From an uncultured Chloroflexia bacterium (GTDB lineage Bacteria; Chloroflexota; Limnocylindria; Limnocylindrales; CSP1-4): 64,000 bases of DNA. The stretch is taken from contig CAVWPX010000006.1 in assembly GCA_963757055.1 (NCBI GenBank), positions 361,853 to 425,852 on the forward strand. Reading direction: 5' to 3'. Positions 53,099 through 64,000 of the stretch are shown in pieces. Numbering within the stretch: position 1 is the first letter of the stretch; each line of letters begins with the position of its first letter. The notes under the pieces are model-generated. The model had not been told where the DNA came from. It saw nothing but the letters and a program-made list of their open reading frames with translations, and did not search any database. The position numbers and the translations under genes are program-made.

Positions 53099-55315
53099 GC
53101 GCGGGGGGTCCGGGGCTTGCGCGTCCTGGGCGTCGCCGGCGCCGATGTCCGCGCCGCGGGCTCGCCGGGGAGCAGGTCGTCGTCGGACGCCGTGGCGGCC
53201 TCGGCGGTCGGCGCGGCCTTCCGCGGCGCGGCCGCCTTCGTGCGCTTCGCGGCCTTCGGCGGGGTCGCCTCGGCCGCCTGATCGGCCGGGGCGGCCGCGG
53301 CCGGCGCGGCTGCGAGCCGGCTCCGCCTTCGGCGGGCTTGCCGGTCTCGGCTGGCTTGGCGGCCTTGCGTGTGGTCGCCGGCCGGCTCGGTCGCCGTCGC
53401 CGGCTTGGCCGATGTCGCCGGCTTCGGCGGCTTGGTCGCCTTGGGCCTTGGCCGCCTTGGTCGGCCTTGACCGGTTCGGCGGCTCCGACTTCGGCGCGGC
53501 TTCGGCCGGCCTTCGCGGCTCGGTGTCTTGGCGGCTTCGAGCTTCGCCGTGCTGACGTCCTCGGCGTCGGCCTTGGCGGCCTTCGCCGGCTTCGCGGCCT
53601 TGCCTCCTGGCCGGTTTCGGCGTCCTGGCCGGCTTGACCGTGCCGGCGGGCGTCGCCGAGCCTTGCCGGCCTTCGGCGGGCTCCGTGGCCTTGGACCGCT
53701 TCGGGGTCCTCGTCGCGTCGGCGGTCGAGCGCCGGCGTCGCCGCGACCGGCGTCGTGTCGACCGTCGGCTCCGCGGCGATCGTCTCGACCTCCGGTCCGG
53801 GATCGGTCGTCGCCAGCTCGTCCGGGTCGGGCGCCCGCGGCGCGTCGAACGGGGCCGGCGGCGTCGAGCGCCCGTCCGGGTCCCGCTGGGCGAGGGCCTC
53901 GAAGAGCAGGATCGACCCGGCCACCGCGGCATTGAGCGACCCGATCGAGCCGCGCATCGGGATGCGCATGAAGAGGTCGCACCGGCGCCGGACGGCCGGT
54001 CCGAGACCCTGGCCCTCGCTGCCGACGACGAGGGCGAGCGGTCCGCGCAGGTCGGTCTGCCGCACGGTGAGCGGCGCATCGGCCTCGGCGCCGGCCACGC
54101 GCAGGCCGCGGACATGCAGGTCCGCGAGCCCGCCGGGCAGGTCGTCGACCGGGCACAGCAGCAGGTGCTCGGTCGCCCCCGCCGAGGCCTTCACCGCGGA
54201 CGGCGTCAGCGGCGCCTGGCGATGGGTCGGGAAGAGCACGCCGTGGACGCCGGCGGCCTCGGCGCTGCGCAGGAGCGTCCCGACGTTCTGCGGGTCCTCG
54301 AGCGAATCCAGGACGAGCACGAACGGCGGCTCACCGCGCTCGACGGCGCGGGCGAGGATGTCCTCGATGGTGGCCCATCGACGGGGCGCGACGACGAGCC
54401 CGATGCCCTGGTGGCCGTCGAAGCCGGCCAGGGCCGTCAGCGATCCGCCCTCGAGCTCGACGATCGGGATGCGCAGGCTCGTGGCATGGAGGACCAGGCG
54501 CTCGAGCGCCTGGCGTCGCTGCGGGACGACGAGCAGCCGGCGGGCCTCGCGGCGGGCGGCGAACGCCTCCTCCACCGGTCGCCGTCCGGCGATCAGCTCC
54601 TCGTCCGCGCCGATGAGATCGGGCGGCGGCAGCGCCGGTGCCGGCTGGAACGGTCGAGGCGCGGGGCCGCGCCCCGGGTACGGCGGACGGGCGTCGCGGC
54701 CGTACGGCGCGGGCCGGCCGGGTCCACGCGGTCGGTCGTACCCGCCTGGGCGGCCCCGGTCCGGCGGACGCCCGCGGTCGTACGGGCGATCCCGATCGGG
54801 CGGTCGCGGCCGATCGTCGGGACGGAACGGCCGGTCGTCGGCACGGAACGGCCGATCCTGGGGCGGGCGGTCGCCGCCGTGGTCCGGCGGTCGATGCCCG
54901 CGGTGATCCGGGCCACGGTCCGGCGGGCCGCCGCGGTACTGGGGCGGCCGACGGTCGGCTGGCGGGCCCGGCGGTCGCCGATCGCCGGCGTCGTGGCGGG
55001 GCGGGCCGTCGTGGCGCGGCCGGCGGCCGTCGTGGCGCGGCGGGGCATCGTGGCGTGGCCCGGGCGGGCCGTCATGGCGCGGCGGACCGCCTCCGGCCGG
55101 GCGATAGCCCGATGGCGGTCGGCGGTCGGCGCGGTACGGCCCCGGCGGGCGACCGGGCGGGCCGGACGCGGCGGCCGGAGCCGGAGCGCTGGCGGGCCGG
55201 ACGCGGGCGGACCGGATCGCGGCGGACCGGAGCGCGGCGGGCCGCCGTGGCCCTTCCCGCCGCCGCTCGGTCGCGGCCGGCGGTCGGGATCGTCGTTGCG
55301 CGGCCGGTCAGCCAC
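53095..55315 (-). CDS. rlmB: 23S rRNA Gm2251 2'-O-methyltransferase with long N- and C-terminal low-complexity regions (several frameshifts in the tails)
   Basis: Core [62 protein letters not shown] 55315 overlaps the cysS end. Termini were inferred by joining frames. Confidence 0.85.
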
Positions 55316-56721
55316 GGCCCACCGCCTCGAGCCGCCGCCAGCGCTGGCCGTCGCGGGTGTCCTCGACGGCGATCCCGCGTGCCGCGAGCTCGTCGCGCAG
55401 CCGGTCCGAGCCGGCCCAGTCCTTGGCCGCCCTCGCCGCGGCCCGGGCCTCGAGCAGCGCCGCATCCTCGGGCTCGAGCGCGTCGTCGTCCGGCAGGACG
55501 CCCAGCACCTGGTCGAGGTCGCGCAGCCCCGCGGCGATGGCCGCGGCGTCGGCGGTCGAGATCGACCGCGCCTCGATCCGCCGATTGGACTCCCGGACGA
55601 GGTCGAAGACCGCGGCCAGCGCCAGCCGAGACGTTGAGGTCGTCGTCGAGCGCATCGGCGAACGCCGATCCGCGCGCCCGCCAGCAGCTCGGGGACCGTC
55701 GGGTCGTCGGGCCGGTCCTCGCGATACGCCTCGAGGGCGGCGAGGGCGGCGTCGAGCCGGGCGATCGCCGCGCTCGCCGCCGCGAGCGATACGTCCGACG
55801 AGTCGAGCCTCGCGCGGTAGTGGACCGCGATCAGCGCGTAGCGCAGCGCGCGCGGCGAGAGCCCGTCCGCCAGGAGGTCGCCGACGCGGGCGATGTTCCC
55901 GGTCGACTTGGCCATCTTCGCGCCGCCCATCTGGAGGTGGGCGCAGTGGAGCCAGGTCGCGCACGAACGGCTGGCCGGTCGCCGCCTCGCTCTGGGCGAT
56001 CTCGTCCTCGTGGTGCGGGAAGATCAGGTCGACGCCGCCGGTGTGGATGTCGAACGACGGCCCGAGGTGGGCCATGCTCATCGCCGAGCACTCGATGTGC
56101 CAGCCCGGGCCGTCCCGGGCCGATCGCCGTGTCGAAGCTGGGCTCGCCGGGCTTCGGGCCCTTCCAGAGGGCGAAGTCGCGGACGTCGTCCTTGGCGTAC
56201 TCGTCGGCCTCGACGCGCTCGCCGACACGCAGCTGCTCGGGATCGAGGCGGGCCAGCCGGCCGTACGCCGGCCACGAGGCGATCCGGAAGAAGATCGAGC
56301 CGTCGTCGGTGCGATACGCGTGCTCGCCCTCGAGGAGCCTCGAGATGAGCGCGACGATCTCGTCGATGTGCGCGGTCGCCCGCGGCAGGACGTCCGGCGT
56401 GGTCATCCGCAGCGCGGCCGCGTCCTCGAGGAACAGCGCCAGGTAGCGGTCGGCGAGGTCGCCGATCGAGATGCCGGCCGCGGCGGCCCCGCGGATGATC
56501 TTGTCGTCGATGTCGGTGATGTTCATGACCCACCGGACCGGCTGGCCGCGCCAGCGCAGGTAGCGGACCAGGAGGTCCGCGAAGAGGAACGAGCGGAAGT
56601 TGCCGATGTGGGCGGGGCCGTAGACGGTCGGGCCGCACGAGTAGATGCGGACGGTCTCGCCGTCGATCGGGGCGAGCGGCCGCGTCTCGCCCGACAGCGT
56701 GTCGTGCAGCCGCAGCGTCAC
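55308..56721 (-). CDS. cysS: Cysteine--tRNA ligase (frameshifts near 56112, 55960, 55670 and 55628)
   Basis: [60 protein letters not shown]. Confidence 0.95.
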
Positions 56722-57968
56722 GAGCCGGGCTCCGCGGCGGTCGCGACCAGCGTCGCGAGCGCGAGCGCCGACACCGTGCGGCCGGCGCCCTCCGACCCGT
56801 CGAGGTTGCCGGTCGAGGCCTTGACGTTGACGGCGCCGGCATCGAGCCCGGTCAGGGTCGCGATGGCCGCGCGCATCGCCCCGAGGTGCGCCCCGAGCCG
56901 CGGCCGCGCCGCCACGATCGTGAGGTCGATCGACTCGACCCGCCAGCCGGCGGTCGCGGTCCGGGCGACCACCTCGGCCAGGAGGGCCCCGCTGTCGATG
57001 CCGGCCGGGGTGGACGGACCCGCCGGGAACAGCGAGCCGAGGTCGCCGAGGCCGGCGGCGCCGAGCACCGCGTCGGCGACGGCGTGGAGCGCCACGTCCC
57101 CGTCGGAATGGCCGTGCAGCCGCGGCGCGCCGGCGATGCGGATCCCGCCCAGGGCGAGCGGCTCGCCCGGCCCGAACGGGTGCGAGTCGTGGCCGATGCC
57201 GGTTCGCCGGGCCGTGTCGCGGCCGAGCGCCAGCGCGACCGTGGTGAGGTCGGCGGGCAGCGTCACCTTGAGATTGCTCGGGTCACCAGGCACGACATGG
57301 ACCTCGATGGTACAGGCCTCGAGCAGCGAGGCCTCATCGGTCCAGGTCTCCGGTCCGTCGGCCGGGTAGCGTTCGAGCGCGGCGCGGAACACGCCGGCCC
57401 GGATGCCCTGCGGGGTCTGCGCCGAGGCCAGCCCGTCGCGGTCGACGGTCCCCGCGACGCGACCGCCCTCGATCCGCTTGAGGGTCTCGGCGACGGGGAG
57501 CGCCGGGATCGCGGCCCCATGCTCGGCGGTGGCGCGGATGACGTCCCGCACGAGCTCGGGCGAGACGAGCGGCCGGGCGCCGTCGTGGACGAGCACGACC
57601 CGCGCGTCGCGGTCCTCGTCGCGGTCGGCGACGTCCTGGCCGACGTCACCGGCCTCGAGCGCGCGCAGCCCCGCCGCGACCGAGAGCTGGCGACGGTCCC
57701 CGCCCTCGACGACGGCGATCACCGACGCCGGCAGCCACGCGGCGGCGCGGACCTCGGCGATTCGCTCGGGGGCGGTCACCACGACGATCCGCTCGACCTC
57801 GTCCACCGCGTCGAGCGCGTCGAGCGTCCAGGCGAGCAGCGGCCGGCCGGCCACCGGCGCGAACAGCTTGTCGGTGCCGCCCATCCTGGCCGAGCGACCG
57901 GCCGCGACGACGATGGCATCGGCCACGGGCGACCCGCCGGCCGGGTCCCGCGGCGCGGCGGCGCTCAA
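56718..57968 (-). CDS. ispDF: Bifunctional IspD/IspF
   Basis: [27 protein letters not shown], followed by GIGHDSH, HSDGDV and GLGDLG. Confidence 0.95.
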   Translation of the reverse strand: MSAAAPRDPAGGSPVADAIVVAAGRSARMGGTDKLFAPVAGRPLLAWTLDALDAVDEVERIVVVTAPERIAEVRAAAWLPASVIAVVEGGDRRQLSVAAGLRALEAGDVGQDVADRDEDRDARVVLVHDGARPLVSPELVRDVIRATAEHGAAIPALPVAETLKRIEGGRVAGTVDRDGLASAQTPQGIRAGVFRAALERYPADGPETWTDEASLLEACTIEVHVVPGDPSNLKVTLPADLTTVALALGRDTARRTGIGHDSHPFGPGEPLALGGIRIAGAPRLHGHSDGDVALHAVADAVLGAAGLGDLGSLFPAGPSTPAGIDSGALLAEVVARTATAGWRVESIDLTIVAARPRLGAHLGAMRAAIATLTGLDAGAVNVKASTGNLDGSEGAGRTVSALALATLVATAAEPGS

Positions 57969-59026
57969 TCGAGTCGCGGCTGGGCGAAGATCATCCTGCC
58001 GGCCACCGTCTGGAGCACGCGCGTCACGGACACGTCGACATCGTGGTCGATATGCCGCGCGCCGCCTTCGACGACGATCATCGTCCCGTCGTCGAGGAAC
58101 CCGACGCCCTGACCGGCCTCCTTGCCCTCCTGGATGACGCGGACCCGGAGCTCCTCGCCGGGCAGCACGGCCGGCTTGACCGCGTTCGCCAGCGAGTTGA
58201 TGTTCATCACCCGCACGCCCTGCAGCTCGGCGACCCGGTTCAGGTTGTAGTCGTTCGTGAGGATCACGCGGCTCCGGGCGCGCGCCAGGGCGACGAGCTT
58301 GCCGTCGACCTCGGCCACGTCCGGGACGTCGTCCTCGATGATCTCGACCGGCGTCCCGGGATCCTTCTGCATGCGGGACAGGATCTCCAGGCCGCGCCGG
58401 CCGCGGTTGCGCCGGAGCGTGTCGGAGCTGTCGGCGATGTGCTGGAGCTCATCGAGCACGATCCGCGGCACGACGAGCGTCCCGTAGATGAACCCCGACT
58501 CGACGATCTCGGCGATCCGGCCGTCGATGATCGCGCTCGTGTCCACGATGATGTGCGGCTCCCCGGCCAGGCGGCTCTCCGTCACCTCGGCCGGCGGGCG
58601 GCGGAGGAACCCGACGGCTTCCGCGGCGATCAGGAGGTCCTGGCGCTTCGCCACGGTCAGCCCGAGCATGCCCAGCCCCAGGAAGATCGAGACGCCGAGC
58701 GGCAGCCACGTCCCGAACGGGTCGGGGAGCTGCGAGAGCGGCAGGCCCAGCAGCAGGCCGAGCAGGAGCCCGATGAGCAGGCCGACGATCGCGGTCACGA
58801 ACTCGGCGGTCGAGAGCGCCTCGACGCGGCGGATCAGCCAGGTCGCCGGGACGACCGTGAGGTACGGGAGCACGCCGAACCCGACGACCATCCAGGCCAC
58901 CACCCACAGGGCGATCAGGGCACCGGAGGCGTCGTAGTCGCGGAAGAGGCCATTGCCGGTCGTCGCCAGGACCAGCCCGATCGACCCCCCGAGCAGGGCT
59001 CCCAGGACACGGATGTAGCGGATCAA
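57965..59026 (-). CDS. Membrane protein with PIN and TRAM domains (YacL family)
   Basis: Four TM segments, DTSAIIDGRI, RGRRGL, TNDYNLN, GFLDDGTMIVVE, LQTVAGRMIFA. TTG start preceded by an SD. Confidence 0.93.
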   Translation of the reverse strand: MIRYIRVLGALLGGSIGLVLATTGNGLFRDYDASGALIALWVVAWMVVGFGVLPYLTVVPATWLIRRVEALSTAEFVTAIVGLLIGLLLGLLLGLPLSQLPDPFGTWLPLGVSIFLGLGMLGLTVAKRQDLLIAAEAVGFLRRPPAEVTESRLAGEPHIIVDTSAIIDGRIAEIVESGFIYGTLVVPRIVLDELQHIADSSDTLRRNRGRRGLEILSRMQKDPGTPVEIIEDDVPDVAEVDGKLVALARARSRVILTNDYNLNRVAELQGVRVMNINSLANAVKPAVLPGEELRVRVIQEGKEAGQGVGFLDDGTMIVVEGGARHIDHDVDVSVTRVLQTVAGRMIFAQPRLD

Positions 59027-59082
59027 CGACTCCCTCTCGGAGTGTTCGGCGTCAGCGCACCTCGAACGGTCCGGACGGGGCG

Positions 59083-60525
59083 TCAGCCTAGCATCGCCGG
59101 CACGGGCTCGCCACGCCCCGATGAGCCGGCACCCAGCGCCGCCCGGATCGCCTCGGCGAGCGTCGCGACCGCGACCACCTCGATCTCGACCGGAGCCGCC
59201 GACCGGGGACCCGGCGCGGAGCGCGGCACGATCGCCCGGCTGAAGCCCAGCCGGGCGGCCTCGCGGAGGCGCCGGTCCAGGCCCGGGACCGAGCGCAGCT
59301 CGCCGAGGAGGCCGACTTCGCCGATCGCGACCAGCCCGGTCGAGACCGGCCGATCGCGCAGGGACGAGGCGAGCGCGAGGGCCAGCGGCAGGTCGAGGCC
59401 CGGCTCGACGACGGTCAGCCCGCCGGCGAGGTTGGCGTAGACGTCGTGTCCGGAGAGCCCGATGCCCGCCCGCCGGCCGAGGACGGCCAGCAGCAGGCTG
59501 AGGCGGTTCGGGTCGAGGCCGCTGGCCCGACGGGTCGGCGAGCCGTAGCGCGCCGCGGCCACGAGCGCCTGGACCTCGACCAGGAGCGGCCGGCTGCCCT
59601 CGAGCGTCGGCGCGATGACGCTGCCCGGCGCGGGCTCGTCGTGGTCGGCGAGGAACGCGCGGGCCGGGTCGGTGACCTCGGCCAGGCCGCGCTCGCGCAT
59701 CTCGAAGACGCCGACCTCCTCCGTCGACCCGAAGCGGTTCTTGGTGGCGCGCAGCAGGCGCAGCGACGACGTCCGCTCGCCCTCGAGGCTGAGGACCGCG
59801 TCGACGAGGTGCTCGAGGGTCTTGGGCCCGGCGATCGAGCCGTCCTTGGTGACGTGCCCGGCGAGGATCACCGCGATCCCCTCCCCCTTCGCGAACGCCA
59901 TGAGCCGGAGCGTCGACTCGCGGACCTGGCCGACGCTGCCGGGCGCCCCGTCGAGGTCGGCGACCATCGCGGTCTGCACCGAATCGACCACGAGCACCGC
60001 CGGCGGCTCGGCGCGCGCCGCCTCGATCACCCGGTCGATGTCGTTCTCGGCGAGGATCCGGATCCGTCCCCCGAGGTCGCCGTCGAGCAGCCCGAGGCGG
60101 GCGGCGCGCAGGCGGACCTGCGACCGCGACTCCTCCCCGGTGGCGTACAGCGCCCCGCCCGATCCGGGGTCGCCGACCAGGCCGGCCGTCGCCTGGAGCA
60201 GCAGGGTGGACTTGCCGATCCCCGGCTCGCCGCCGAGCAGGACGACCGCCCCGGCGACCAGTCCGCCGCCGAGGACGCGGTCCAGCTCGCCGATCCCGAT
60301 CGGGCGCCGCGGGACGGTCTCCTCCGCGATCGCGTCGAGCGGCGTGGCGGTCGCGTGGTCGACCGGGCCGGTGACGCGGACCTTGGCGCGCTCGGTCCGC
60401 GTCGGCGACCGGACGACGGTCTCGACGAGGCTGTTCCAGCCACCGCAGGCGCGGCACTGGCCCTCCCAGCGAAGGAAGGCCTCCCCGCAGCTCTGGCAGA
60501 CGTACCGGCTCTCCGCTCGGGCCAC
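59083..60525 (-). CDS. radA: DNA repair protein RadA/Sms
   Basis: C4 Zn finger, GEPGIGKST, KNRFG. Confidence 0.97.
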   Translation of the reverse strand: MARAESRYVCQSCGEAFLRWEGQCRACGGWNSLVETVVRSPTRTERAKVRVTGPVDHATATPLDAIAEETVPRRPIGIGELDRVLGGGLVAGAVVLLGGEPGIGKSTLLLQATAGLVGDPGSGGALYATGEESRSQVRLRAARLGLLDGDLGGRIRILAENDIDRVIEAARAEPPAVLVVDSVQTAMVADLDGAPGSVGQVRESTLRLMAFAKGEGIAVILAGHVTKDGSIAGPKTLEHLVDAVLSLEGERTSSLRLLRATKNRFGSTEEVGVFEMRERGLAEVTDPARAFLADHDEPAPGSVIAPTLEGSRPLLVEVQALVAAARYGSPTRRASGLDPNRLSLLLAVLGRRAGIGLSGHDVYANLAGGLTVVEPGLDLPLALALASSLRDRPVSTGLVAIGEVGLLGELRSVPGLDRRLREAARLGFSRAIVPRSAPGPRSAAPVEIEVVAVATLAEAIRAALGAGSSGRGEPVPAMLG

Positions 60526-60559
60526 CGTCAGCGACCTCGGGCGCGCCGGGCGCCCACGC

Positions 60560-63038
60560 TCAGAGCGCCTCGACCGGCGTGCGCGGCTCCGCGGCGTGGA
60601 TGTCGAGGCCGGCTTCCGGGTCCCGGTCGACGATGATCGTCGTGCCCGGCTCGTACCGGCCGAGCAGCAGGTGCTCGGCGAGGACGTCCTCGACCATGTT
60701 CTGGATGACCCGGCGCAGCGGTCGCGCGCCGTAGGCCACGTCGTAGCCCAGCTTGATGATGTGCTCCTTGGCCGCGTCGGTGACCTCGAGCTGCATCTGC
60801 TGCGCTCGAAGCTGGTCGCGCACGCGGGCGAGCATCAGGTCGACGATCAGCGTGATCTCCTCGACCGTCAGCGAGCGGAAGACGACCGTCGCGTCGATGC
60901 GGTTCAGGAACTCCGGCCGGAACGCCTGCTTCAGCTCGGCGTTGACCTTGTCCTTCATGAGGTCGTACGAGATCTGGGCCTTGGTCGCGTCCGTGTCGCC
61001 GGTCACGCGGAAGCCGAGGCTCGAGTTCGTCTGGAGCTGCTTCGCGCCCAGGTTCGAGGTCATGATGATGATGCAGTTGCGGAAGTCGACGCGGCGGCCC
61101 TTGGCGTCCGAGAGGTGCCCGTCCTCGAGGATCTGCAGGAGGATGTTGAAGACCTCCGGGTGCGCCTTCTCGACCTCGTCGAGCAGCACGACGGCGTAGC
61201 TCTTGCGCCGGACCGCCTCGGTCAGCTGCCCGCCCTCGTCGAAGCCCACGTAGCCGGGAGGCGCCCCGACGAGCCGGCTGACGTTGTGGCGCTCCATGAA
61301 CTCGCTCATGTCGATCTTGATCAGCGCGTCCTCGCTGCCGAACATGAACTCGGCGAGCGCCTTCGCGAGCTCGGTCTTCCCGACGCCGGTCGGGCCGAGG
61401 AAGATGAACGAGCCGATCGGCCGCTTCGGGTCCTTGAGGCCGGCCCGGGCGCGGCGGACGGCCTTCGAGACGATCTCGATGGCCTCCTGCTGGCCGATGA
61501 CCCGGTTGTGCAGCGCGTCCTCCATGTGGAGCAGCCGCTCGGACTCCTCCTGGGCGATGCGCGTCACCGGGATGCCGGTCCACATCGCGACGACCTGGGC
61601 GATCTCCTCCTCGTCGACGACCGGCTGGTCGCCCGACATCGAGGACTGCCACTCGGTCCGGAGCGCGTCGGCGGTCTCGCGCGCCGGTGGCCTCGGCCTC
61701 GCGCAGCGTCGCGGCTTCCTCGTACTCCTGGTTGTTGATCGCCGCGTCCTTCTCCTTGGTGATCCGCTCGAGGTCCTTCTGGGCCTCGCGCAGGGCCGGC
61801 GGCGCGCTGGAGTGGCGCAGGCGGACGCGCGACGCGGCCTCGTCGATGAGGTCGATGGCCTTGTCCGGCAGGTGGCGGTCGGTGATGTAGCGCGTCGAGA
61901 GGTCGGCGGCGGCCTTCACGGCCTCGTCGCTGATCGTCACCTTGTGGTGCTGCTCGTAGCGCTCGCGGATGCCCATCAGGATCTCGACGGTCTGCTCCTG
62001 CGTCGGCTCCTCGACCATGACCGGCTGGAAGCGCCGCTCGAGCGCCGCGTCGCGCTCGATGTACTTCCGGTACTCATCGAGCGTCGTCGCGCCGATGCAC
62101 TGCAGCTCGCCGCGGGCGAGCGGGGGCTTCAGGATGTTGGCCGCGTCGATCGCGCCCTCGGCCGCACCGGCCCCGACCAGCGTGTGCAGCTCGTCGATGA
62201 AGAGGACCGCGTCGTTGGTGTTGCGCAGCTCCTCGATGATCTTCTTGAGCCGCTCCTCGAACTCGCCGCGGTACTTGGTCCCGGCGACCAGCGACCCGAT
62301 GTCCAGCGTCAGGACGCGCTTGTTGAGCAGCGTCTCGGGCACGTCGCCGGCGACGATCCGATGGGCGAGGCCCTCGGCGATGGCGGTCTTGCCGACGCCG
62401 GGCTCGCCGATGAGGGCCGGGTTGTTCTTGGTCCGCCGCGACAGGATCTGGATGACCCGCTCGATCTCCTTCTCGCGGCCGATGACCGGGTCGAGCTTGC
62501 CCGCCCGTGCCGCCTCCGTGAGGTTGATGCCGAGCTGGTCGACCGTGGGCGTCTTGCTCGCGCGCTTCGTCTCCTGGGCGGACGGCCCGGCGGAGGAGCT
62601 CTGCGAGAGGACCCGGATGACCTCGTGGCGGACCTTGTCGAGGTTGACGCCGAGCGACTCCAGGACACCGGCGGCGATCCCCTCGCCCTCGCGGACGAGG
62701 CCGAGGAGCAGGTGCTCCGTGCCGATGTAGTTGTGCCCGAGCCGGCGGGCCTCGTCGATCGCGAGCTCGATGACCCGCTTGGCCCGCGGCGTCAGCCCGA
62801 CCTCGCCGACGACGGGGCGATCGCCTCGCCCGATGATGAACTCGACCGCGGTCCGCACCTTCGCCAGCTCGACGTTCATGTTCTCGAGCACGCGCGCGGC
62901 GACGCCCTCGCCCTCGCGCACCAGGCCGAGCAGGAGGTGCTCCGTCCCGATGTAGTTGTGGTTGAACCGCTGCGCCTCGTCCTGCGCAAGCGTCAGCACC
63001 TTGCGCGCGCGGTCCGTGAACTTGTCGAAGCGGTCCAT
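60560..63038 (-). CDS. clpC: ATP-dependent Clp protease ATPase ClpC (frameshift near 61685)
   Basis: Double Clp-N domain, [11 protein letters not shown]-type middle domain, [16 protein letters not shown]. Start at 63038, or possibly 63050. Confidence 0.96.
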
Positions 63039-63150
63039 ATCTGCGGGCATGCTAGCACCGTCCCCCGTCAAGGTCTTGGCGCGAGGCCGCCGGGAATCAC
63101 GACGACCCGCCGGGGACCGGCGGGTCGTTCCGATGTGTGGCCGATGGAGG

Positions 63151-64000
63151 TCAGCCCTTGGTGTTGGCCTCCATGGTCTCCCGGGCGATCTCCTCGACCT
63201 GCTCGGCAGCCTTCTCCTCGACCCCGGCCTCCTCGGCGGCGACCGTCTCGACGATCTCCTCGATCGCGTCGGCAGCGTCCGCTTCCTCGGCGGCTTCGTC
63301 GGCGGCCACGGCCTCGACGATCTCCTCGATCGCCTCGGTGGCGGCAGCCTCCTCGGCCTCCTCGGTCGCGACGACCTCGTCGATGACCTCGGTGGCGGCC
63401 TCGGATGCCGGCTCGACGTTGTCGTCGTTCGCGGCGGCGGCGTCGCTCAGCTTGTCGATCTCGACCGCGGCCTCCGCCTCGATCTCGGCCTCGTCGGCGG
63501 CGACGGCCTCGACGATCTCCTCGATCGCCTCGGTGGCGGCAGCCTCCTCGGCGGCCTCGTCGGCGGCGACCGTCTCGACGATCTCGTCGATGGCGGCGGC
63601 AGCCTCGGTCTCCTCGGCGGCTTCGACGGCCTCGACCGCGTCGGACGTCTCACCGATCTCGGCGGCCGCGATCTGCTGGCGGACCTGGGCGAATGCCGAG
63701 GCCAGCGTGTTGTCGATCCCGCCCTCGGGCTCCTGGACCGCGTCCGACATCGAGTAGCCGCGCTCCTGGCGCGGACGGCGCTCCTGGCGGGGCGCGGCGG
63801 CCGCACCGGACCCGGAGGCGACCGGCTCGGGCGCCGGGCGAGCCGGCGGCTCCTCCGCCTGCTTCAGGCTGAGGCCGAGGCGATGCCGCTCGGAGTCGAG
63901 CGAGATGATCTTGAGCTTGAGCTGCTGGCCCTCGTGGACGACGTCGGCCGGATGGGCGACGCGCTGGTGCGAGAGCTCGCTGATGTGGATGAGGCCCTCG
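63151..64000 (-). CDS. rpsA: 30S ribosomal protein S1, 3' part: last S1 domain plus a roughly 235 aa tail with acidic repeats
   Basis: Open frame from the window edge: [47 protein letters not shown], continuing without a stop into ORF 63151-63750. Confidence 0.85.
   Translation of the reverse strand, partial: EGLIHISELSHQRVAHPADVVHEGQQLKLKIISLDSERHRLGLSLKQAEEPPARPAPEPVASGSGAAAAPRQERRPRQERGYSMSDAVQEPEGGIDNTLASAFAQVRQQIAAAEIGETSDAVEAVEAAEETEAAAAIDEIVETVAADEAAEEAAATEAIEEIVEAVAADEAEIEAEAAVEIDKLSDAAAANDDNVEPASEAATEVIDEVVATEEAEEAAATEAIEEIVEAVAADEAAEEADAADAIEEIVETVAAEEAGVEEKAAEQVEEIARETMEANTKG

Noticed and set aside
56718-57968. IspD-IspF fusion as a novelty
   Set aside because: Bifunctional IspDF is well documented in many bacteria.
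63049-63075. CIRCE or CtsR operator upstream of clpC
   Set aside because: There is only one imperfect half-site (CTAGCAC), which coincides with the extended -10. No second arm or heptad repeats are present, and the nearby TTGACG is only 11 nt from the -10.

Overview
This is a very GC-rich bacterial core-genome window, and every supported gene lies on the minus strand. In transcription order it holds: rpsA (3' part), clpC-radA-yacL-ispDF-cysS-rlmB, tRNA-Thr/Tyr/Thr-tuf-rpmG-tRNA-Trp-secE-nusG-rplKA-rplJL, rpoBC, a fused str/S10/spc/alpha ribosomal superoperon ending truA-rplM-rpsI, argF-TPR, cdaA-cdaR-glmM-glmS-acpS-nnrD-alr, a three-gene GlmL-like module of unknown function, and tsaE-tsaB-rimI-tsaD-rsmA-ispE. 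Protein signatures suggest Chloroflexota, possibly Limnocylindria/Ellin6529; this is inference from the S12 insertion, the long beta-prime coiled-coil insertion and the GlmL-like cluster. About a dozen genes, several of them essential, carry single-base frameshifts in GC runs, which most likely reflect long-read assembly errors. I saw no transposase, prophage, CRISPR array or rRNA gene. Best leads: (1) an orphan GlmL-like ASKHA-fold module with no B12 mutase nearby; (2) very long charged low-complexity tails on translation proteins (RlmB at both ends, S1, L15, S17); (3) a dispersed structured repeat directly behind rpsI and rplL; (4) multi-nucleotide substitutions at antibiotic-target residues (RpoB H526S, S12 G91S, E. 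coli numbering); (5) an atypical tRNA-Tyr; (6) recurring leaderless promoter architecture.
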